Of a DNA stretch of 64,000 nucleotides, positions 57,531 to 64,000 are shown piece by piece (positions within the stretch are counted from its first letter, which is position 1; every line of letters starts with the position of its first letter). The stretch spans positions 272,757 through 336,756 of the forward strand of contig CAVRLE010000005.1 in NCBI GenBank assembly GCA_963721825.1, written 5' to 3'. The position numbers and the translations under genes were made by a program. The notes beneath the pieces were generated by a model. The model worked only from the letters and a program-made list of their open reading frames with translations, did no database searches and had not been told where the DNA came from. Source of the stretch: an uncultured Acidobacteriota bacterium (GTDB lineage Bacteria; Acidobacteriota; Terriglobia; Acidiferrales; UBA7541).

Positions 57531-58333
57531 GACTTCACCTCCTCAAGCTGGTTGTAGCTGTTCAACTTGCAAATCAGCGCGGCACGATCCTTGGCGGCTT
57601 CGTCAGCCAGCGTGGAAATGAAGGCTTCGACCAGGTCTCGGCTGGCATCGCGGAGCGTTTCGATTCCGCAGAAGTCAGCCGCATAGCGTTTTACGAGGGT
57701 GGGATCGAGTTCGTATTTGCGAATCAGCAGGCAGAGTTGGTCCCGCAACCGCGGGTGACCATTGTTTGAACCATTCGAAGCACACGGTTTACTTGGCCGC
57801 GCGTGATAATCGGAGGGACTTGGTGCGCTAGACGGCGATCCCAGCTCTTCAGCCGAGCAAATCCCAATTCCATAGGCCTTGCGCAGGGCGCGATTAACAG
57901 CCCTTGTCTCAGCGACACGCATTTCAGCACCGTGAACTATCGACGAAACGTTGGAGGGATTGGCATCCCCATAGCCTTCGAAGCCCTTCGATCTTCGATT
58001 CTTGAAGACGATCGCCTTAAAAACCCAACAGCTCTGATTAGGGTCTGAGTAAATTCTCTGCAGTATCGTCTTAATTCCCACGCATCCGCGTCGTTGGGCA
58101 ATATGCAGTAAGCCGGAATTAGTTATGAACCACCGGCCGTCCAGCATCCTAAGGTGCCCGGCGCCGATCGAAAGAGAATGCCTCTTGGTTAGATCGGCCA
58201 AACATGAGATTGCTTCCGCCGGCAACGTACCCCAGCGATTGCGAGCCAATCTCGCATTGGATCTCAGCAGTCCGATTTTTCTTCGCACGGAATCTCCTAT
58301 ATCAGAGCGATACCACGATGAAAATGCAGTCAT
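57527..58333 (-). CDS. putative Rad52/Sak-type single-strand annealing protein
   Basis: GYGDANPSNVSSIVHGAEMRVAETRAVNRALRKAYGIG matches the Rad52-family signature (G.GD...AET.A.KRALR..GIG). It is the first gene of the leftward operon. Confidence 0.55.
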   Translation of the reverse strand: MTAFSSWYRSDIGDSVRRKIGLLRSNARLARNRWGTLPAEAISCLADLTKRHSLSIGAGHLRMLDGRWFITNSGLLHIAQRRGCVGIKTILQRIYSDPNQSCWVFKAIVFKNRRSKGFEGYGDANPSNVSSIVHGAEMRVAETRAVNRALRKAYGIGICSAEELGSPSSAPSPSDYHARPSKPCASNGSNNGHPRLRDQLCLLIRKYELDPTLVKRYAADFCGIETLRDASRDLVEAFISTLADEAAKDRAALICKLNSYNQLEEVKS

Positions 58334-58386
58334 GGATTTCGAAGTTCGCCATTTGTTAAGCTACCGACCTATCGATCGTGTCCGTT

Positions 58387-58414
58387 AGTGTTCTGTACTC
58401 GTAAAAAGAATACT
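58387..58414. promoter_or_regulatory. candidate operator: imperfect inverted repeat AGTGTTCT-N12-AGAATACT in the divergent promoter region
   Basis: 7/8 complementary half-sites, 7 nt upstream of the XRE ATG, between divergent operons. Confidence 0.3.
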
Positions 58415-58420
58415 CTCAAA

Positions 58421-58705
58421 ATGAATAAAGTCAAGGGTAAATTCGCGGGACGCCCGCGCCGTTCCGATAGCAACGTGGACCTAAAGGCCGTGGGGCTGCG
58501 GATTCGACAACTGCGCGGTCAAACAAGCCAGGAGGAGTTTGCAAAGGGATTGGGGATCAGTCAGGCTCAGTTGTCGAAATATGAGCTGGGTCAAAGCGCA
58601 CCTCCTCTCGGAGTATTAGTGGCGCTGGGAAAGTCGCAGGCGATAAGTGTAGATTGGCTCCTGACAGGAAAAAAACAGAACGCGGAGCGATGGAGCAATA
58701 TATAG
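58421..58705 (+). CDS. XRE/Cro-CI-family HTH regulator
   Basis: LRIRQLRGQTSQEEFAKGLGISQAQLSKYELGQSAPPLGVLVALGKSQAISVDWLLTG is a canonical HTH_3 domain. Confidence 0.85.
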   Translation: MNKVKGKFAGRPRRSDSNVDLKAVGLRIRQLRGQTSQEEFAKGLGISQAQLSKYELGQSAPPLGVLVALGKSQAISVDWLLTGKKQNAERWSNI

Positions 58706-59139
58706 ACGATCCAACCGGTCTCGAACGATCACAGAGTGCTATGATGTTGGGGTTATTTGTGTGGATGGTGTAGCGTTGCTCAGGTGTGCGAAGCATTCTT
58801 AAGCGCGGAGCCAACGGTTATAAGGACGAGGGCGCAGCCTTCCTCCAACGCCTCATTACTAGATCGCGACGGGGGAACAAGGGATCAGATAGGAGCTGAG
58901 ACTCTTCGGGGATCAGTTAGCTGGCTGGGAAGTCAATCGAATGGTTGCTTATTGGTGAACTATAAGTTTCTGCGGACGAATCACGATCCCTGCTGTATCG
59001 CCCTCTAATGCGACAGTTAAATGTAAGTCGTCTGATTCGATCAACCGGTGTGAAAAGACAACAGGCCGCTCATGTGATATAGTGTAAATCGTAATATGTA
59101 GGACACGGCTCCAGTTACTCGGAGCCGGGACGAAGGTCG

Positions 59140-59176
59140 CGGACGCACCCACATATTGGGTCGTCCGTTTTTTTTT
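59140..59176 (+). terminator. strong intrinsic terminator (11-bp stem with 1-nt bulge, 5-nt loop, T9)
   Basis: cggacg-c-accca catat tgggt-cgtccg followed by ttttttttt (59168-59176). Confidence 0.65.
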
Positions 59177-59213
59177 GGGGGGGCGTATCGTTAACGCGAC
59201 GGAACGGTCTTGT

Positions 59214-60521
59214 ATGTCATCTTCACAGAAGCGCGGTGTGATTGACGCCGTCACGACAGCGGGCTGTGCTTTCCCCGACGCAACCGTTTTGGAATTGATT
59301 CGCGATCCCCAAAAACCGGAAACGTTAAATCTTTTGACATGGACCGGAAGAGTCGTGGCCGCTGGTCCCGAAGCACGGCACGGCGGGAAACGATATGTGC
59401 CAATTTCCCTCAATCCAACGGTTTTGAGAGCAGTGCAATTTCCCACGCATGTGGCACAAAAAGAAAGTACCGAAAAACTATTTTGGGATACGCACGAGCT
59501 TCTAACCAAGCATTTAGACCAACCGCAACCATGCACGGACAGTTTGGTTTTCTGCGTTTTTTGCTCCTGGCTGCTGAATGCTCTGCCAATGGTTCCATTG
59601 GTGTGGATAGATTGCAGTCCAGGAAGTCCGTGGCGTGCTGCCATGCACTTGCTCAGTCTTCTCTGCCGGAGATCTTTGCCTCTAATGGGAGTCGGCCGAG
59701 CTGAAATTCGTTCTCTTCCGATGGCGATCAACCCGACGCTGATTTTGCATGAACCTGATATGAGACCGGCGATGCAACGGATCCTCATCGGCTCAACGCA
59801 TCGCGGCGCAAACATTTCGGGCGGCGGAAAGATCACGGACTTGTTCAGTGCCAAAATTGTTCTGTCCCAATATCTGCCAACCGCTACCGGAGGTGAGGAT
59901 GCAATCTTCAAGATTACACTCTTGCCGACAGCACGAGATCTTCCTAGCCTAGATTCAAATCTTAGCAGGCGAATCGGCGAAGAGTCCCAAGCGCGATTTC
60001 TTGGATATCGGCTGCGGAACTTGGGCAGTGTGGAAACCCCCAACTTCGATATGGGCGACTTGGCCCCATCGCTTCAGGAGCTTGCGAGATCGATGGCGTC
60101 TTCAGTCGTCGGGAACGCTGATTTGCAAAAACGAATCGTGTCCGCTCTTCAAGCCCAAAACGAAATGCTTCGCGTTGAGCGCTCACGAGAAATCGAATTC
60201 GTGGCGATTGAAGCACTTCGTGATTTCTGCCACGAACCCGAAGGGTCCTACGTTCGATCCAAAGAGCTTGGAAAAAGGATTGAGACGATTTGTGCAGGCC
60301 GCGGTTGCGTAGAGGAGTGCTCCCCAGAACGCGCTGGATGGATTATGCGAAGGATGGGCCTCCAGCCCGAAAAGATCGATGCAAAGAGCAACGGCCTTAA
60401 ATTGACAAGTCAAAATCGAAAGCAAATACATTACATCGCAGCCAGGTATGGTGTCCCCTTGCCGCCGAAGCAACTCGTTCAGTGTACGCACTGCGACGAA
60501 CTGAGAACTAGGCCGCCGTGA
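59214..60521 (+). CDS. hypothetical protein of the prophage-like region (replication-module position)
   Basis: 435-aa ORF with protein-like composition. The long antisense ORF 58949..60043 looks like an artefact. No Walker A motif or other recognisable motif. Confidence 0.65.
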   Translation: MSSSQKRGVIDAVTTAGCAFPDATVLELIRDPQKPETLNLLTWTGRVVAAGPEARHGGKRYVPISLNPTVLRAVQFPTHVAQKESTEKLFWDTHELLTKHLDQPQPCTDSLVFCVFCSWLLNALPMVPLVWIDCSPGSPWRAAMHLLSLLCRRSLPLMGVGRAEIRSLPMAINPTLILHEPDMRPAMQRILIGSTHRGANISGGGKITDLFSAKIVLSQYLPTATGGEDAIFKITLLPTARDLPSLDSNLSRRIGEESQARFLGYRLRNLGSVETPNFDMGDLAPSLQELARSMASSVVGNADLQKRIVSALQAQNEMLRVERSREIEFVAIEALRDFCHEPEGSYVRSKELGKRIETICAGRGCVEECSPERAGWIMRRMGLQPEKIDAKSNGLKLTSQNRKQIHYIAARYGVPLPPKQLVQCTHCDELRTRPP

Positions 60522-60649
60522 ACAGCACTCGTGGAGGTGTGGAGGATGTGGAGGATTATATCATCGGAGGCAATCTCTTGAGTAACTCACAAGTTAATTA
60601 ACATCTGCAGCAACTCCTCGAAGATTGGGCTGCTTTAGAAAGTCGCGGC

Positions 60650-61228
60650 GTGCCGCTCGAACCCTTCGAACATCGTTGCGGGGTTGATGATCAGCGCCGT
60701 GGCGTTGACCTGCTTGTACGGCAATGGGGGGACCCGGATTCCAATCGCATTTTCGAACTTTCATTCGGGGCATTTGCATACACCTTGCAGGCTTTCATAC
60801 GTTCGGACGGCGGACAAAGGGCGATCATCACGCATTGGTACTTGGAACTTCCCTGGCCGGATCGCGTCGAATGGCTGCAAGACCCGAGAGACGAGGGCAA
60901 GAGTTCGGTGGTTTATGCTTTCCCTGGTAAGGACTGGTGGGAGTACTCGCGTCAAGAGGTCCTTAATCACAGGCTCACAGGAGAGATAGCGCACGGTGAG
61001 ATCCGTCAAGGTCTTTTGTTAGGCACAAGTTGGCATCCACCGCCAGATACGTATCGGCACGGCGAAATGATCCCGACGATTCTCACGGTAGTTGATCAGT
61101 GGGATCACCCACATTTTGGGACATTTGAACTGTATCTGAGTCGACCGCCGCGGCCCAAAAAGACGACCAGCCAAAATCGCGTTAGGAGGAGCATATTCTC
61201 GGATCGGGATCCTGTACCCGTGCGTTGA
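60650..61228 (+). CDS. hypothetical protein
   Basis: 192-aa ORF (GTG start), Trp/His-rich, with no family recognised. Confidence 0.45.
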   Translation: MPLEPFEHRCGVDDQRRGVDLLVRQWGDPDSNRIFELSFGAFAYTLQAFIRSDGGQRAIITHWYLELPWPDRVEWLQDPRDEGKSSVVYAFPGKDWWEYSRQEVLNHRLTGEIAHGEIRQGLLLGTSWHPPPDTYRHGEMIPTILTVVDQWDHPHFGTFELYLSRPPRPKKTTSQNRVRRSIFSDRDPVPVR

Positions 61229-62126
61229 TGGCGGCCCGTTGGGCTGTCGAAGATACAGAGACGATGTTCCACGGTCCTGAGAAGCTCACCCGCTATCTTG
61301 CCAGCAGAGCCAGCGCTTTTCCTTCGAGATTTCTCGTCTCGAGTTCGCTCATGGCGCCGGCAGGTACTGCGAAGTTGGCGCGCGGAACATCGCATTGTCC
61401 TTGTCATACCACGTCCGCGATCCTGGACTCCATCTCCTGAAAATACATCATGCCCGCCATGAGCATGGCAACCACGATGGCCGCCGACACGAACCAAGCG
61501 ACTCAAAGATCGGGACGTGATTGCCTCGCGTAGAAGCGGCGGTCATATTCCTGGCGTTTATATGGGCGGAGACGAAACAGCAGGAGCAATCGGTCAAGCG
61601 GGCCAGAAGAACCAGACCGCCTTACATTCTCGCTATCGCAGGAAGGGCGCTTATGCTTCGCTTTGCTCACAGGAGCGCCGGACATGCGCCCAACATGCTA
61701 CCAAAGGTTACGCGTCTTCAGCATTCGGATTGCGCATTGACCTGCCCCCGCTGGCCTTAGTCCTGCATTGGCGCGCTAGGGATCCGTACGGCGGGAACTT
61801 GGAGCAGGCGGTGCTTTGCGTGGCACCTCGAGGAGCTTCGCCATTCCATGACGATCGACGGCGCTATTCCGATTCGGAAAAAGCTCCGAGAGATCGTACC
61901 TGAGTATTTTGAGCCCGACCGCCGTCAAGAAAACGACCAAACTGCCATGCCCGCTGTATTGCGACAAGTAGCAGGCCACACATAGCCGTGCATCCGTTTT
62001 CGGCTGCCTACTTCCTTCCGCCCGACTCCCTTCGCATTCTGCAATCACCGTCTCCCCCTGCTGGCTCGGATTCTGCCCAGAGAACGGTGCCCAAAAGACA
62101 TCCCCTGAAGTCTACGTCTGGGAACG

Positions 62127-62537
62127 GTGTCGCCATCCGCGAAAGTGCAGCGCCGTGTGACGCTGAGGGTAATTCCCGAACTTGCGTTCCAGGCCGCGAC
62201 CCAGCGGGGAGGTGGATTGCATTTCGTCGAGCCGCTAGGTTTTGCCGACTTCATTCGCCTGGAGCAAAGCGCCTTCTGCGTTCTCACCGATAGCGGCACG
62301 GTTCAGGAAGAAACCTGCATACTCCGAGTTCCTAACGTGACGATCCGCGACGTCACTGAGCGCCCTGAAACCGTCGAGTGCGGATCAAACGTTCTCGCTG
62401 GCTGCGACACGCAAAAAATCCTCGAGACAGTCGATCTGGTTACGTCCAGTCCCCCGAACTGGCAGATTCCTCTCGAATACCTGGCGCCGGAGGTTGCCAA
62501 CACGGTCGCGCGCATCATGATGGGCTCCCGCCTTTAA
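62127..62537 (+). pseudogene. wecB: 5'-truncated UDP-N-acetylglucosamine 2-epimerase (non-hydrolysing) remnant
   Basis: LHFVEPLGFADFIRLEQSAFCVLTDSGTVQEETCILRVPNVTIRDVTERPETVECGSNVLAG corresponds to only the last 120 or so residues of epimerases that are roughly 360-380 aa long. No N-terminal part is found upstream in any frame. Confidence 0.75.
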
Positions 62538-62719
62538 TCTCCTGAATCTTCTGCCTGGAAAGTCTCCACATTTCGGATTCCATCTTCGTCCTCTTGTTCG
62601 CACCCTCTGGAAGTTTCGCTTTCTCTTCGCTCTTAACCGCATCGTTATACCGCGAGCATTCGATGCAAACCGGGCAACGTCCGAGTGTATGATTGGCTCC
62701 TTTCCGCCGGAGGGGGACA

Positions 62720-63553
62720 ATGGCCGCAACCTGGAAAGGGTTTCTCACGTTCGGGATGGTCTCCATCCCAATTCAACTGACGCCGGCTGCCCGGTCTGAA
62801 CGAATCAGTTTCAATCAGCTTCACTCCGTGTGCCACACCCGCATCAAACAACCCACCTATTGCCCGACGTGCGAGAAATTCGTCGATCGCTCGGAAATTG
62901 AAAAGGGCTACGAATACGAGAAGGATCAGTATTTGATGTTCACGAAGCAGGAGCTCGAAGAGATCGAGCCCGAATCCGCCCAGACGATGGAGATTCTGAG
63001 TTTCGTGAAGGCCGAAGAAATCGATCCGGTTTATTTCGACAGCTCTTACTACGCCGAGCCAGGCGAAGGCGGCGTGAGGGCCTACAATCTGTTGCTCGAC
63101 GCCATGCGGAAATCCGGTTACTCAGGCGTCGCAAAGGTCACCATGCACGGACGCGAAAATATCGTCATCATCCGCGCCCGCGACAATGGCTTCACTCTTC
63201 ACACTATGTTCTACAAGAACGAAATTCGAGCGATCGCAGAAAATGCCAAGTTGAATCAGTCGGAGTTAAAGCCGGCGGAATCGAAGCTGGCCATGCAGCT
63301 GATCGAAACGCTCGCGGAATCCTTCAACCCCGATCAGTATTCAGACACGTATCAGCAGGAACTGGAAAAACTGATCGAAGCGAAAGCCCATGGTAAGAAG
63401 TTGACGGTGATGCCGCGCGCCAAACGTGAACATGTTCCGGATTTGATGTCGGCGCTGAAGAAGAGTCTCTCGGCGGAGCCGGCAAGGAAATCGTTACTGC
63501 GCGCCGTGCCAAAGACCAGCGAAAAGCAAAGGAAGGCGCGCAAGGCGAGCTGA
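62720..63553 (+). CDS. ku: Ku protein (non-homologous end joining)
   Basis: GGAGGGGG SD. WKGFLTFGMVSIPIQLTPAARSERISFNQLH...GYEYEKDQYLMFT...PVYFDSSYYAEP. Basic Lys-rich C-terminal tail. Confidence 0.92.
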   Translation: MAATWKGFLTFGMVSIPIQLTPAARSERISFNQLHSVCHTRIKQPTYCPTCEKFVDRSEIEKGYEYEKDQYLMFTKQELEEIEPESAQTMEILSFVKAEEIDPVYFDSSYYAEPGEGGVRAYNLLLDAMRKSGYSGVAKVTMHGRENIVIIRARDNGFTLHTMFYKNEIRAIAENAKLNQSELKPAESKLAMQLIETLAESFNPDQYSDTYQQELEKLIEAKAHGKKLTVMPRAKREHVPDLMSALKKSLSAEPARKSLLRAVPKTSEKQRKARKAS

Positions 63554-63597
63554 ACGGCGTGCGCTCTCGCGGGCGTGAAATCGCCAAGCCTGCAAGC

Positions 63598-63798
63598 CTA
63601 AGCCAGAGCTTTTCGCAAGCGCTTCGTCGTCTTCTGCAACTGCTTCTTGAGCGACTCCACCTGCTTCGAAATCTGCTCGAGCTCTTTTTTCGCCAGCACG
63701 CCCGCCTTCGCCACTTTGTGTGCGGTGCGATTGGCCTTGCCCATCGCAGTGCCGATTTTTTCCGCCGCTTCATTCAACAATTTGTTCTTTTTCGCCAT
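63598..63798 (-). CDS. small basic coiled-coil protein
   Basis: GGAGGAG SD 6 nt upstream of the ATG. 66 aa, Lys/Ala-rich (MAKKNKLLNEAAEKIGTAMGKANRTAHKVAK...). Confidence 0.55.
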   Translation of the reverse strand: MAKKNKLLNEAAEKIGTAMGKANRTAHKVAKAGVLAKKELEQISKQVESLKKQLQKTTKRLRKALA

Positions 63799-63883
63799 CA
63801 GTCTCCTCCGTGTGAAACCTCAGCCATCGTATACAGGGCACGATAGATCGTCAATCAGGATCGGATGCCGCGGGATGCCGCGT

Positions 63884-64000
63884 CTAGCTCGCAGCTTCCT
63901 GCTTCGCGGAGCCCTCTTCATCGAGATACTTCACGAACACAACTTCATTTTGCGCTTCGTTATAAAGAAGATCATCCACATTGGCTTTCGCCAAAAGCAA
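63884..64000 (-). CDS. C-terminal end of a second HATPase_c_2 anti-sigma-type ATPase (partial, runs off the window end)
   Basis: The reverse strand reads ...LLAKANVDDLLYNEAQNEVVFVKYLDEEGSAKQEAAS*. It shares the DELLYNEAQNEV(I/V).(I/V)KYL tail with 22929..23549. Confidence 0.7.
   Translation of the reverse strand: MLLAKANVDDLLYNEAQNEVVFVKYLDEEGSAKQEAAS

Noticed and set aside
58949-60043. 364-aa minus-strand ORF
   Set aside because: It overlaps the more protein-like plus-strand ORF 59214..60521. Its composition is Ser/Arg/Cys/Pro-rich and it has no motifs. It also runs through the plus-strand terminator/homopolymer region.
59214-60521. Primase/helicase or ATPase assignment for the 435-aa orphan
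   Set aside because: There is no Walker A motif (the GGGK stretch lacks the upstream Gly spacing). No Toprim or other catalytic motif is recognisable, so it is left as hypothetical.
61105-61903. ORFs 61105..61506 (-), 61517..61903 (+) and 61776..62048 (-)
   Set aside because: They have no SD sequence, implausible Arg/Gly/His-rich compositions and mutual overlap. The region is treated as decayed non-coding DNA. A weak resemblance to acyltransferase-3 motifs (FYAR...) did not hold up in any single frame.
1-64000. tRNA, rRNA or tmRNA genes and phage attachment sites
   Set aside because: I spotted no T-loop-like GTTCGAATC/GTTCAAATC context outside coding sequence. I also saw no direct repeats at the edges of the phage-like block. 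A tRNAscan or Infernal run would be needed for a definitive negative.

Overview
This is a 64 kb high-GC bacterial chromosomal segment. The gene content resembles Acidobacteriota/Terriglobia: CadC-like regulators fused to TPR, an LVIVD/DUF305 pair and a giant Wza-type exporter. That assignment is inference only. Four blocks are visible.
(1) 0-26.5 kb holds mixed housekeeping and accessory genes: a SYLF protein, Crp/Fnr, DinB, galU, a KH protein, a DksA-like protein, an MFS transporter, a CadC-like regulator, secreted proteins and DUF305+LVIVD. Within 6.7-13.9 kb sits a local family of imperfect-palindromic repeats. They bracket small cassette-like ORFs, and an intact IS3-family element lies among them.
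(2) 27.0-54.5 kb is a single-strand exopolysaccharide locus of about 27 kb. It encodes two degenerate receiver proteins, a giant Wza-like exporter, a PAP2-Wzi fusion, a Wzz-like protein and a NusG/UpxY-like paralog. It also encodes the priming phosphoglycosyltransferase, GT4/GT2/GT26 enzymes, a Wzy-like protein, a Wzx-like protein, four methyltransferases and a heptose-nucleotide module.
(3) 54.6-61.2 kb is a prophage-like early region without an integrase. It has a Rad52/Sak-like annealing protein, a Cas4-type nuclease, an HNH endonuclease, an XRE regulator and a decayed tandem paralog. It ends next to a 5'-truncated wecB remnant.
(4) 62.7-64.0 kb carries Ku, a small basic protein and a partial anti-sigma-type ATPase.
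I recognised no rRNA, tRNA or CRISPR array. All functional calls come from motif recognition in the supplied translations; no database search was run.
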